A DNA stretch of 64,000 bases, from contig OZ336877.1 of the NCBI GenBank assembly GCA_965287045.1, forward strand, positions 112,158,001 through 112,222,000. The letters are read 5' to 3'. The position numbers and the translations under genes are program-made. Positions 24,615 to 38,444 of this stretch are shown here, piece by piece; positions within the stretch are counted from its first letter, which is position 1, and each line of letters starts with the position of its first letter. This stretch comes from Carcharhinus amblyrhynchos (taxonomy: Eukaryota). The notes under the pieces were generated by a model. That model was not told where the DNA came from. It saw only the letters and a program-made list of their open reading frames with translations, and searched no databases.

Positions 24615-25205
24615 TATAGAAACACAGAAATTAGAAGCAGGAGTAGGCTATTCAGTCCTTCAAGTCTGCTCCGCCATTCATTTTGTTGGAATTCAATATC
24701 CTGATCCCCCCTTACCCCATATCCCTTAATTCCCTTTAACCCAAAGAGCGATATCTACTTTTTTCTTGAAATTAGACAATGTTTTAGCCTCAATTACTTT
24801 CTGTGGTAGTGAATTCCACACATTCACCATCCCCGGGTGAAGAAATTTCTCCTCACCTCAGTCCTAAAAGGTCTACTCCTTATCTTCAAACTATGACCCC
24901 TAGTTCTGGACTCTGCCACCATCGGGAACATTCTTTCTGAATCTACCTCGTCTAACCCTGTTAGAATTTGATACGTTTCTATGAGATTCCCTCTCACTCT
25001 TCTAAACTCCAAATGAATACTAACTAGTCTCTCTTCACGTGACAGACCTGCCATCCCAGGAATCAGGCTGGTAAGCCTTCACTGCACTCCTGCTATAGCA
25101 AGGGCATCCTTCCTCGGATAAGGACACCAGAGCTGCACACAATAATCCAGATGTGGCCTCACCTCACCCTGTACAATTGCAGCAAAACACCCCCATCCCT
25201 ATACT
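24615..25205 (-). mobile_element. Decayed CR1 3' fragment
   Basis: LEFRRVRGNLIETY...RTRGHSLKI...RRNFFT; tail agcaggagtaggc at ~24640. Confidence 0.88.
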
Positions 25206-25214
25206 CATATCATC

Positions 25215-25900
25215 ATGCGTAAATCATCACGTCCTAGCTGTCTCTGCCTCTCCCATGTTTCACTGTTAAAGTTCTCCCCTTTCAAGGTTTGGCCTTCAGC
25301 TTCTCTTCCCCCATTATGGTCAGTCTCATCCAAAACCTCTTTTCCATCATCTTGCTTTGAAAAATTGCTCTTGCATGGTTTCATTTTACTTGTCTGAACG
25401 TTGCCACAGCAGCTTCGGCAGTGGTTTAGTTTCCTTCCCCACACTATTGTCCCTGGAGTGTCCCAAAGATCTCTGCTTGACCTTATCCTCCATTAATTAA
25501 TTCCTGCCCCTTGGTAACACCAGACTGTGAATGAGTCACAACTTACCCCATTTCAAGCTAACATCACACGTTCGGTGCCCGTGACAAGTTTTATACTCAT
25601 TCACCAGGCCATAACCTCAAGATGAGCCAGGCTGTTTGAAGCATTCACATTTAGTTAGATCCCAAGCCCAGGTTTGTTCCTACATTCCAATACATCCCAT
25701 TGCTTTCAGATTTCACTATTCCAAGGATCTTGTTGCTGGATTTACATCTTCCAGCAAAACCCAGCTGCCTATACTCTTGTCACTTATTTGAGCATCATCC
25801 TGCCCTCACAAACATACGTTAGTGCCACATCAAAGGTTTAGGAATGTTTAATATCCTCAGGTTTAAAATCTTCCCAATGCACTCAGACCAATAATATGAA
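25215..25900 (+). mobile_element. Highly decayed L2-like RT fragment
   Basis: ctggagtgtcccaaagatctctgcttgaccttatcctc resembles L2 GVPQGS.LGP coding sequence; no open frame. Confidence 0.35.
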
Positions 25901-27497
25901 TGATCATCTTCTGATCACAATGTTGGCCAGAACACCAAAATTCTTTCTTCACTGAAAATGTTCAAGGGGTATGTTTTTATCCACCAGAACATGTTGTAAT
26001 AGTGTCAACATGGTTGTGTGCTCAAATATCATTGTCTGGACTTGTGCAGCTATACCCATTTTCCACCTTTCTTTTCAATTCTCTGCTTCCTTATTCTATA
26101 AAATAAAAAGCTAATAGTGAATTTGCTTTGGACTGTCCCGAGGTCAAGAGAAGATTACGTTTATTTAGAATGTACTCAAGACCTTGGTACACTTCAGAAA
26201 ACAAGGAAATCCCAAAATCCATAGACTATGAAAAGTCTGCGTGCTTAAAATGCTTGTGCAATAGTTCTCTTTTAGCTGGGCAAGATGACAAGAAAAATCT
26301 TGAATTCCTTGAGAATATAAAATTGTCAAGCATTCGTGAAAAAAAAAAGAAACCAATACCAAATCATTCCTCCTCTGCAATCCCTCATTCTTCCGACTGC
26401 AATTGGATATGCAATTAACTGGAATGCCGTTTCTTACTGAAACGAACAAAATTTTTCACTAAGCTTTTCACAAAATCTAAACCTCATCATCAGCAAAATA
26501 TCTGTGCCCAACCAAAAAGTAGCTTTAAAGAATGCACATAGCCTCATTTCCTTTTTTGTATTTCAAATAGTATTCTAATTAAATTTCAGGAATTACATTT
26601 CATAACCAAACCTGTATTACTTGACAAAACAACTTCTCACGGCCACATCATACTTGGTTAAAAGTTATTTGGCTTAAATGGCATATGACAGAGCGTACTC
26701 ACCTTAATCCTACTTAGCACTTCTGCACTACACCCGCATGTAACCACTGCTAATCTTGACAACTGCAAGCTTAACTAACCATGAACTGTTTTCTTCCTCA
26801 AAAGCACAATATATTTCAGTATCACAAAATCTGCACCCAAACTCACTGCTTCCATTGTATTTTTGTGACAGCACTGCTATTCAATCAGCTGATGCAATAC
26901 ATGAAGGAACACCTCCAAATGTATTCCCCTACCAGCTGGCTACTGGATACCACATAGCACAACTATTTTTGGTGACAACAGAATCAGCGCTTATTCCATT
27001 TGCGGATCCGTCTGGATCATCCAATGCTGTGGAAAGCTCACAGGCAGAAAATTGAAAGATGCAGTTCTGACACTTAAGCAAGGGTTTAGTGATCATTTGT
27101 TTGTCTCATGATTTGTTTCTCAAAGTAAACTTTACAGATTCTTAGGGCAGCAGGAACTGACGCACCCAGAATTATTTCTGTACAACAAATTCCATGTCAG
27201 GGCATGCTCAAAGAATGACTGTTACATAACCTTTCCAGCTGTTACATTGGTTCCTACAACATTCTGTAACTGAGATACAAACATAATGCCACATCTAAAC
27301 ATGACTTACTTATATTTTTAAGCACAGAGTAAGTGCATTTGAACATTGAGCATAATTTCAGAATTGTTCAGGAACTGTCTATTTTAAAAAAAAAGCACAA
27401 TTGGATATTCAGGCAGAAATGGCACCCAATATCCCGTGCCACAATGCAGCACAACATGGGTTTACACCACTGATTTACCAATTTTTGATTGGGGTAT

Positions 27498-28302
27498 TGT
27501 GATGTTAGTGTACCTTTTAAGAGAATTTTTTCTAAATCACGTTTTCTGCAGTAATAAGCAGGCATTTTTGGCTTCAGTTGTTTTTTCATTATGCTGGAAG
27601 CTTGACTGAAAATGTCTCTTTATTGCTGCTTAAATGGAGGGTTGTTTATTTTTATTGGGATGTTTATGACTCTGCATTGTTAAGAGAAAAACTGGTTGAC
27701 AGGTTAGGTGCCAGAAGTTCTTTCATTTTCACTTTGGAGCTGTTCAGGTTTTAGTTTTAGATGAGGCATCAAGCTGAAAAGTCATCTCTCTCTCTCTCCA
27801 TCCCCCACCCCTCCGGACTTTGGAAATTCTGCGGCTTAGCTGAAAGCCTACTTGGAGCAGAAAATCTGCTGTTAGTGCCTTAACCAGAGACTACCTGGGG
27901 CTCTGGGAGATTGTTCAGAGTCTACCCACAGAACTGCAGACTTCATCAAATGATCTCAAGTCCAGTATTACATGAGCATTAGTCTTTGCTGTGTTAAACC
28001 TGTGAACAGGGCTTTTTGTCTACAGGATTAGTTTGATTGGAACACATTAAATATATTTGTTAGGGTTATTCATTATAGTGGTTGTTTTGTTTCCTGTTTG
28101 TATTTGTTAAGAGTTAGTGCTAATTTTCTTACTATACATGTTCTTAAATAAACTTTGTTTGATAAAAGGTCCTTAGTGGGTCTTTTGAATCACACCTGAA
28201 GTGAAACATATCATGCTTACCCGAGCCAAATTCAAAATGCAAAGCTTATGATCCAGGTGGGCTCTATAAAACATTTTGGAGTTTCTGACCTGAATCATAA
28301 CA
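27498..28302 (+). mobile_element. Candidate solo LTR (~805 bp)
   Basis: TGTGATG...CATAACA imperfect terminal inverted repeat and AATAAA at ~28147. Shares aaataaactttgtttg and ggagtttctgacctg..ataaca with 50047-50618. No clear TSD. Confidence 0.5.
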
Positions 28303-30344
28303 TATCTTGCTTAGAAGTTGCACATTGTCATATTAAACATTTTCCCAATGACCAAATGAGAGATTATGTAAATATTCTTTATTCTCATGAAGGACAATGT
28401 ACATTTACCTCTGTTACGAATGGGATGTTTTGAACGGTCCCTTTAACTGAAGGCAGAAAGGAGTAATGAAGAGGGCCGTATGATATGCTACAAATTCTGC
28501 TGACAACAAGCCTGCATGGCTTTGTTATCATACAGACTGGGGACTCAGGTTGAGACTTAGGTGGAATTCTCCCAAGAATTTTGAAGTGTTGTCTCTAGTA
28601 GGAAAATTGGTGACATTAGGTTCACAATCACAAACATTTGTTTTTGGGAGCCTGGGGAGATTGCTACTGAATTCTCCCACACAGGAACCCACTCCACACA
28701 ACTCCCCCACCTTTCAGGAATTCCCCCCCCCGGCTCAGGAGACCCCCCCACCTCCCCCTCACCCCTCTGGAACACCCACCTAGCCCCCCTCTCTGGAGCC
28801 CCCATGCACCCCCCTCTCTGGAGCCCCCCCCACCCCCTTACCATTATAGGGAAATTGAATTCAAAAATTTATGACTTAGGAAAATTGGGTGACGTGTACT
28901 CGTTGGATGCTTGGGAGTGCTTTTAGATTGCTTCCTGAAAGTACTGTAAAATCTACACATGCTGTGGGGCTATCAGCCATGTTAAGCCATTAACAGGGTA
29001 TTAGTAAGAGCTTTCACTGTTGCATAGTATTAGTTGCTAAAGTAAAGTTCAGTTAATGTTGATTGTTAGTGTTAGTTTTAAAACTGAAAGGAATTGTACA
29101 ACAATTGTTCACTGTGAGTTTAAATATCTTTTTAAAAAGTTATCGGAACACCTTGCACAGCAGCACATTAACTAAACCCAAAGGCAGTGGCTCAGGTTGG
29201 CAAGAGCCAAGTGTTGCAAATCATCTCTCTTCCCTTTCTCCACACTTCCAACAAGTTTGTTGTGCTCAAGCCATTACTGCTCTGCTTACCAATGCATAGT
29301 AAACATCTACACATCCAGCTAGCTCTTCTTACCCATTGTAAAGCACTGGCATGCAAAGTTATCCAGAGTTGATTGAAAAGAATACAACCTCAATGACAGG
29401 TGCAGCTAAGAATGCAGGTCATGTGTTTTTTTTAAAAACAGAAAGGTAAACTCAGACTGTATTCACACACTTCTTTTTATTGTAGCGCATGAACAGCTCA
29501 AGAGTTAGACTCAAATTCAATCGCTTAGCTAGAAAAAAAGGGATTGTGATATGGAATACCAAGGAGAAAAATGCAATTGTTTGCCATGTTACAAAATGTT
29601 GGAAAATAAGTTAGCAAATTTACAGATTTCAGTTCCCTTTCCAAATGCAGTTAATTCATGTTGAGATTAAGGCTCCACTGGTAAAGACAGCAGGTTATTT
29701 GACCAAGGCAGGCATCATATTCAGGGCAGTGTCAGCATTTACTTGATATCTGCACATTTACATTATTGAGCAGAGGTCAATGGATCAGGAGTTGGTGATT
29801 GCTGTTTGCAAGTCTCAACAGAAGGCCAACTATAGTGTTCCACCATTATGTAAATCAAGATCAGCACAGATCATAATCAAACCTGAATGGCTTGGATTAT
29901 GGCTCAGTAACATCCCAGTTACTTATTCAATAAATCACTTATCAAACAATAAACTTTAATTATGTATCCAAATTAGCAATGGGCAGATCATGAATTACAT
30001 TTATTTGTATAAGACTAGATCTAATTTACAGGTGGCTTCTGAAAATACTGTAGTTCTAATTTTAAATGCTTTTAATTAGACTTTACCGTAACCATATAAT
30101 GATCGTATCACAATGTTGTGTTTTGTTACTATACTTCCTCACCAAACAAAAATAGGGTAAAGCTAATATTGTCCAGTTAGATTTTATAACTCAATGCAAT
30201 ATCCCATCCAATGCACATCAGAGATTGTGGTATGAAATATGCTTACGATTGAAACAGAAACTTTAATCTTTAGAAGTTTAAAATAAAGATAAATATTTAT
30301 TTCACAGGGGTTATCTGCATTAAGTGTACTTCTCCACATCATAC

Positions 30345-30480
30345 CTGTTAAACGTGTTCTCACTAGCAATGTACTTATCCAGTCGACCCAACGGTGTTAG
30401 CATCTCGTCTTGAGAAACAAAATCCAAGGCTGAAGGTATAATAAGGACATCAGACTCTGAGCTGTAGTCATCCACACCAA
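30345..30480 (-). CDS. PPP4R1: PPP4R1 coding exon 3 (136 nt)
   Basis: ctgccag|...AG|gtatga; encodes (F)GVDDYSSESDVLIIPSALDFVSQDEMLTPLGRLDKYIASENTFN(R), nearly identical to PPP4R1. Confidence 0.97.
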
Positions 30481-33400
30481 CTGGCAGAGACATCAGAAAT
30501 GTTAATTGTAATTGCAACCTGTTTGAACTACAAATCTGAACGACTCCTTATACACAGTGCTGATATAACAGGATGTACTGTATTATAGTCACAAATCTCT
30601 AGCCTATTCAGAGCAGATAGAGGAAATAAAGGCACTAAGGGGTATAAAATAGCATGTTGCCTTGGTAAACATTGCAGCCGTGCTGGGTGGAATACAGCTT
30701 TGATGTACTGAAGGCACCATTAAAACAACAGCTCAGTGACGTATAAGAATCTTTCCTTCCATACATTTCGGTGCAAACACACAACAAAGTGAAGCCACAT
30801 TATATTGCGTTCATTTAATCTCCAAGTGACCTTAGGTGCAAACAGCCAACCAAAAGGACTTCACTTTAACATTGTAGTCACTTCCATCAAGTAGCCTGAC
30901 AATTCTTTTGCAGCTTGCCACGTGTTAGAATCAGGCAAGTGAGTTGAAAGGGAATGCTTCCACTCAGTCAACTCTGTGGGCTGCCTGGGTGTTCTAACAT
31001 GAGCTCAAAGGTTTAACAAGTTTATCCAGTAACCTACTGAACATTTAGAAAGGTTTGGTGCAGGAAGAAATAGCACTCAGCTGGCCTTGTTTGGCATGTT
31101 AAATTGACCCAAGTGCCCTGAGATAAGGGGAATAATATCATCTATTTATATTCTATAGCCAACAATACGAGCTGAAGTACACCAATGCTGAGCAGGGCTC
31201 TCTTACAGTTACACAGCTTGTCAGCAATAATCATACAGGTCATTTGAATAAGGATGACTTAAGTCTTCAGTAGGACTCCCCATGCCAAGAATGTGAAATT
31301 CCAATCTAGGCCAAAACCCAAGCGGAGAGGACATCAGGTTGAGGGACTGAAAATTGGAGGGAACTTGATTCTGTTGGAGATTAGTTTTCGCCCTTATAAA
31401 AATTCCAGTTGGAGAAGAAGCTGGGGCAGGCTGTAGCATGAAAAAGATTTTCCAACTCATTCCCTCAATATTGAGGAGCATAAAGTAGTTGAGTATAACA
31501 GGAGTTTCATTCCTTAAGCTTGGAGGGTTAATAATTGTTTCAAGATAAATAATGGGCCATAACTTCCTGAGTGGCAACTAGCTTTGGATTGCCACCTTAT
31601 GCCACTTAGCTATGTCAAATTTCTGTGCCAATCTTACCCAATCTACTGACTCAGGGCAGGTGAAATCCAAACAGTGCAGCTGACTCCAAAGCCCAGCACT
31701 GAAGTAAAGGAGATGATTTGGGGGAGGACACTTTTTTTTAAACTGCACTAGCTGCCATAAACCTGATACATTTAACAGCTCCAATAAAATTGACAGGCAG
31801 GAGAAGCAAATTCATAGGACTTCTTTTGTAGGGGATGGGGGGAGGTGGCAGCATGAGGAGTTCCATGTGGGTGGGGAGAATCTCATGGGATCAGGGGTTG
31901 GAAAATACCATGGGGGAGGAGGGCGGTGCAGATAGAGTCCTGAGAGATTTCAGTCTGGGTCTTCACAATTAGTCAGTCAGAAATTAGAAAATGTTTTAAT
32001 TCTTCTAACCTTTTCCTCAGTAATTAATGGGGTACTCTGAGAACCATCCGAAGTTTGCAATTTAAAATCTGACGCTGGGAAGCTCAGAAGTGACAGCCAC
32101 TATCATCTATGCATCGATTTATGTTACTTTAGTATTTGGCTCCTTTAGCAGCTGAAGAACTTCTAAACTTCCTTGGGCTCAGAAGGGCTTCAGGTCGTCT
32201 CAAGCAGAGTAGTCACTAGACGCTCCAGCTTTCAAGGACGGATGCAACTGAAGCAGCCTTGCCGGTCTTGGACACTGTGGTATTGCCAATTCCCCTTCCA
32301 CACAAATCCAGACTATGGCCCATTCTGCCACCACAACAATTCAGTTGAAAATTTGGCTGCAAGAGTTTTAGGCACCATGAGGAGTGGGAGAAAAAAGAAA
32401 GTTGGGGAGTGGAGTATACAGAATATTAAGAGGTTTCATATGATTCAACATCATGACAAACTTTAAGAATTTCTACACTTACCACAGCTCCAGTTACAAC
32501 AAAATATAAATCTCACTGGCAGCAAAAATGCCAGTTTCTAGGTTATTTGTAGAAATCACAAATGCCCAAGTATATATTTATCTCATATCTCTACACTTTT
32601 GGACATATAGTTCTAATTATTCCATGCCTTCGTTATCAGTTCTGATATGCATCTGTGACCAACTCCACAGAGCAATCAGGACCAGCCTCAATACTGATCC
32701 AGACAGACTTGAATTAGTAACAGCTGGATATCTAATAGTATTCAACAGGTGCTTCCACTCTTAATTCAGACATTTAAAAGTCCATGACCTGAGAGAAAAA
32801 ACAGTGCAGGAGGCAGCCTGGTAACTGACCACCACTCTGACCTCTTAGTTGTGGAGCTTTCAGAGGGAACAATATTAGAAACAACACTTTGAAATTACCA
32901 GAAAACATGGCCAAATGCAACCCTACATCTATCTTCATATTCTGAAGAACTTCTGAGTCTGAACTAACAACACCTGAAATTGTTCAAACAAGGTTTTTTA
33001 GGCTAAATGACTGGTCAGAAAGGTATGACTGAATCAACACTGAAGATACCAGATTTAAGGGCTAATTTTATAATTTCAAGGCCTAGAGGGGAACCTCATC
33101 TGTCAGAAATGTTGCCATTTTTAATTCCCAAAAAGCTTCAAAAAGGTTAGACAAGTATGCTAACTTGATAAAACATGCCAATTACATTCCTGGATTTCAG
33201 CAATTTTCATACTGACGTGAAATTCAGAGACCTGTAGTTACTTCAAATGTGTACACACATACCATCTCCCAATGCCCTGGCACAGATATTACCTAGCAAA
33301 GCCGAATAGCGCCATAACCTGCATTTTAGTATCTTTAACACTGTAAAACAACAGGAACATAAGGTGACAAGCCTGACAGCTCGCCGAGGTGGTGAGGGTT

Positions 33401-33519
33401 GTCAGTTTTCTCGCTGGAATCCTTCCATATGCTCCGGTCACCGCCACCCAGCCATGGGGTATTGCATCATTGGTAAGGCAAAACTGTTTGCAAAGTAGGG
33501 GGGGTGAGCTATCTCCTTG

Positions 33520-33775
33520 ACTGCCAAGTGGCATGCTCAGCCATTTTAAAGAGTAGTGAAGAGTCAAACGTGTGCGTGCCACACCAGACATGGAAGGTAG
33601 TTTCCTTGCCTAGAAGGATATCAGTAAACCAGATTGATTTTTACCACAATCTGGAAGTGACAAAGTTGTCGTTACTGATGCTAGCTTTTCATTCCAGATT
33701 TAACTGCCGTGGGTGGAATTTGAAGTTGCCGCCAGATTATTGGTTTTGGCCGATGAATTATTACTACTATGCTAT
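33520..33775 (-). mobile_element. SINE-B, decayed
   Basis: aagtggcatgctcagccattttaaagagtagtgaagagtcaaac...gaaggtagtttcctt...cagtaaaccagatt matches the SINE-B core. Confidence 0.65.
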
Positions 33776-36007
33776 TGTTCTATATATTTATTTCTTATTA
33801 TGCTTGGAGGGGAACCCTTTACCTGTACTAAACTATTTAAGCACCTTCCCTTCGCTCATCTTCCAAAACCTCCAGCGCTGCAACCTTCTTTCCCACTTTA
33901 TCCTTGTCTACTAATCTCTCACAATGTGTTTATGAAAGGGCACCTTAATGTACCATTCTTTCTTGATGCATTAGTCCAATAATTCAAACACATAACTCAC
34001 TAAATGCCAAGATAAATGCTTTTTAGAGCAGTATTTGATTCATTACACCATTAAGTATCACTCGTGCTCTCCTTAGCTGAGACTGCTGCTGCTTTACAAA
34101 ACTCTTCTGAATGCACTTCATAAATTTAGATTCTGCCACCTCAAAGTTCAATTTAATGTCAAATAAAACTTTCCACAATGGTCACTCAAAGCTGTTCAAA
34201 GTGAGCTCCGTCACATCATTTATTTGCAGCTTTAGGTTTGGCTTAAAATGCCGCTTTATGCCAAGCAATGCGTGTAATAAACTCTCATTCGTGAGGTGCT
34301 CAGATGCCACTGAAATAGCACAATAAGATGCAAGTTGCATGGTACAGTTGTGTTAGCATCTGACATCCTCTGGTTTTTCATTCAGTTGGATATAAAAGCA
34401 TCAACAAGTATTAGCACACTGTTTAACTGTGGCTGAGGGGGAATGGATATCAAAGCTTCATCTGATCTGTATTATTAATTCATGCACTTGCAAAAGCAAT
34501 TTCTGGATGGTAGTCAGGAGTAGAAACCCCAGTTTACTGTTTTCTTCATTAATCCAGAAGCACCCTGGCCAACTGCAGTCCTGGTTGAGAGCCCAAACTC
34601 AGCCTATGCCAAAGATTGAACTCGAGACCTTCCTGGTAGACACAGTTGAGTCACAAAATGATTAAGTCACAAAAGCCTGAATGCCAAGTGGATTACTTTA
34701 AAAATATTGCTCAATTTAATCTTTATATTGTTTACTTTAAGTCAGATCTACCTAATGCTCTTCCTACCCTTCTGAGAAAAAACTGCATGGTAGAACTGAA
34801 GAATTAAGCATGTAATAAAACAAAATTGCACACTAACGTGAAACTTAGTTGGCTTTTTAGCTCCGCTCCTGAATTAACAAACCAATGTAGATCGGCTCCT
34901 AAAAGCCCAGAGCATCAGAACAAACAAGGAGGAGGAGTTGGAAATGTATATTACTGACTAAATGAAAGAGAATTTGCTTTTTAAACATAGCTACCTGGGA
35001 TAATTAAAGTCAGGAAGCACTCATGCCCACCACATTCGCCCCACCCACCCCCCAGCCTCTTCCCCTGAAACAAGTACCCAACTAGTCTCATTCCTCTACT
35101 TCTCCCACTAACCTCCTCCTCCCCCCACCCCCCAACTCCCAAAGTATAGATTCCAAGTTAATCTGCCTGCACAACCCTTTCAGACAGTGCATTCCACATC
35201 ATAACTCGTATCATTAACAATAACCCACAGGAATCACGTGATGCCAGCGCAGGAACGGCTGCATTTTTGCGAGCTCTGGCACTGTTCATCTTTTAATCCT
35301 TTTATTTATCCAGATGCATAACCCATAATTGTCTAATCCTGGAGTGTATACTCTGTGCTGTGTTGCTAAAAGATACGTGTTGTATTTGGGTGATGGGGAG
35401 CCAAGCAAAGTCAAGAAAATCCTCATTTGATCAAGGTAGGGGTGATATTTGCAGTGCGGTTTAGCTGGTGAACGGGCTAACGCGTTGGTGATGTCGTAGG
35501 CATTGAGATGTTAGTTGCCCGATAATAGTCTTGGCTCCCCGGCATAAATCATTGGTGTTCTCATGATGAACTGTAAGATATCCGAAAGAAAATGGGTGAT
35601 GCAAATGCAAGAATCATATCAAGTCAAAAAGGCAGGGTCCTCAGTGGAAGTTCACCTCCTGCCCACGGAATTCCTGCTGCATGGTATGTCAAACATCCTG
35701 GTTAATTCAGAGATTGAGCCGGAGAAGGAGCGTCTGCGCACCCAATCTCCCAAGATGAACTTCCGTCTGAATTTGAGAACTTTTGAAACCTTTTGAAACC
35801 TCAATTTGAAGGCTGAACAATTTAAGGTTGAAGACGCATACTCTCTCTGGTCTTGGAGATTTGGGGTCAGTTAGATACCCCAATTACTGGTCTTATGTTG
35901 TCTTGACCTCGGTGTTTGTCAAGAAGCACTGGAGGCAGTAAGGTGCAAAGGGACCTCATCACCTGATGGGGTTTCTGAGAATAACAATGCAGGTTTAGTG
36001 ACCTCCA

Positions 36008-36970
36008 TAAGATCTAAGAGCAGAATTAGGCCATTCAGTCTATCGAGTCTGTTCCGCCATTCAATCATGGTTGATATGATTCTCAATGCCGTTCTCCTGG
36101 TTTATCCCCGTAACTCTTGCTCCTCTTATTGATCAAGAGCCTATCTCCATCTTAAAAACGCTCAATGACCTGGCTTCCACAGCCCTCTGTGGCAATGAGT
36201 TTCAGAGATTCACAGAATCCTACAGTCCACAGCCCACTGAATTTGCACCAACCACAATCCCACCCAGACCCTATCCTCATAACCCCGTGCATATATACTA
36301 GCTAGTTCCTCTGACACCAACGGGCAATTTAGCATGGCCAATCCATCCAGCCTGCACATCTTTAGACTGAAGGGGAAAACTGGAACACCCAGAGGAAATC
36401 CACACACACATGGGGAGAACGTGCAAACTCCACACAGATGATTCAAACCAGGAATCCAACCCTGACCCCTGGTGCTGTTAACCTTAAGAAAGTCAACAAA
36501 ATTCCGAAGTCCCTGTGCTTCAGATTTCCGAAGCCTTTCCCCAAATAGAAAATAGTCTATGCCTCTACTCTTCTTACCAAAGTGCATAACCTCTCACTTT
36601 CCCACACTGTATTCCATCTGCCACTTCTCCTAGCCAGTCCAAGTCATTCTGCATCCTCTCCACTTCCTCAACACTACCTTTCCCACTACGTATCTTCGTA
36701 TTATCTGCAAATTTAGCAACCATGCCCTCGGTTCCATTTTCCAGATCATTCACGTATGTAGTGATAAGTTGTGGTCCCAACACTGACCCCCGTGGAACAC
36801 GAGTAACTGGCTGCCATTCTGAAAAGGACCCCCTCATCCCCACTCTCTGCCTTTCATCAGCCAATCTTAAATCTATGCCATTACCTTACCTACAACACCA
36901 TTGGTTCAAGGCTTATTTAGCAGCTTTCTGTAAGGCTCTTTGTCAAAGGCTTTCTGGAAATCCAAATAAT
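36008..36970 (-). mobile_element. Decayed CR1 with nested HE1-like SINE (36210-36478, minus)
   Basis: CR1 tail at 36008-36070 and RT motifs GSVLGPQL and KFADNTK; V-domain SINE in the middle. Confidence 0.85.
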
Positions 36971-37799
36971 TCACCTTGGTGAAACTATGGACGGATCCTT
37001 GATGTTGCTCGACAATCCAGTTAAGACTTTGGCCTTTTCAAGCTCCGTGGATGGCTATCTTATCTGTTCTTCACTGATGCTCAACTACTCCTTCTCATGA
37101 TTATAATCCTGATTTTGTGATGCTGCCTTTTATCCTGACAAGGGTGTTTGATATATGGACACTGAGGTGTATGCTGCCTGTTATTCTTGGAAAGTCAGAG
37201 ATATCCATTTATGTTTAATGGAAGTCATCCACTGGTATACTCTGGCAGTAGAAAAAGGAAGGCTTTAGGTCAAAGTGTATATTCAATTGTCTTTCCCTGC
37301 ATTGTCAGAGAATCAGTGTAGACTCAATGGGTCAAATCACCTCCTCCTGCACTGTAGGGATTCTATGATTCTAAATCTCCACTGCATCCTAAAGTCAATA
37401 TATCTGACCTGGAGTACTGTGTCCAGAACTGAAAACAGTAGTTCAAATGGGGTCTAACTAGAACTTTATGCAACTGAAATATAATTTACACATGTTTCAT
37501 TCTGGTCAGTTTAGATAAAGGCCACAATTCCACTGGCCTTGAGTTTTCTGTAGCTGTCCTCCACAATTCTTAGCTTCTCATCATTTAGAAACTGAACTGG
37601 CTTTCTTGGATCCAGATGACATCACACCTTCCCAAACGAAATTCCACCCATCAGGTTTGCTAATTTACAGACCATCAATGCCACCTCCCTGTTCCTAACC
37701 ACACTACCCATTATGCCACCAAGGACAGCATTGATATGCAGGTCTGTTCTTCACTCAAATCAGTTAATTGACAACGACAAGGGGGTCGACATATGTTCG

Positions 37800-38310
37800 A
37801 ATGGTATAAAACACTCCAATAACTGGAGTATTGCGTGCAGTTCTGGTCATCACATTACAGGAAGGACATAATTGCTCTGAATGAGAGTAGAGGAGATTTA
37901 CAAGAATATTGTCAGGGCTGTAAAAGTCTAGCTATAAGAGATTGGATAGGTTGGGGTTATTTTCCTTGAAACAAAGAGGGCTGAGGTGTACAAAATTATG
38001 AGAGGAAGTGATAGAGTGGACAGGATATAATTGTTTCCCTGGGTGGAGAATTCTAGAACCAAGAGATGGAGATTCAAGTGCCAGAAGTGTTGAAGAGACA
38101 TGAGACAGAGGGTAATGTGGGTGTCTGCAACTCACTGCCCAAATTGGTGTTGAAGGCAGAGAGCTCAAAAAGTATCAATGCCTGCATCTTAAATGCTGTG
38201 AACCGTGGTGTTGTAGGCCAGGTGTAGGAAAATGGGATTAGATAGTGCACTGGGTGTCCTCAGGCTGGCACGGACAAGTTGAATCAAATGGCTTTCTTAT
38301 GTGCCGTAAC
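37800..38310 (+). mobile_element. Decayed CR1 3' fragment
   Basis: ctggagtattgcgtgcagttctggtca...gctataagagagattggataggttggggttattttccttg. Confidence 0.8.
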
Positions 38311-38444
38311 TCTGGGAGAAGGTTAAAGTGCAGCATGGGTGCCTCGCAGGTGATGAGCTCAGGGGGAGGCTGGTTGAATCATGGAACAGATTTCTTTTTG
38401 AGACTGCTAGTATTTTCTCTCTAACATCCTGTACAGTCTGGTGA

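Noticed and set aside
26695-26880. Strong donor AAG|GTGAGT in intron 3
   Set aside because: No clear matching acceptor or frame-compatible exon upstream.
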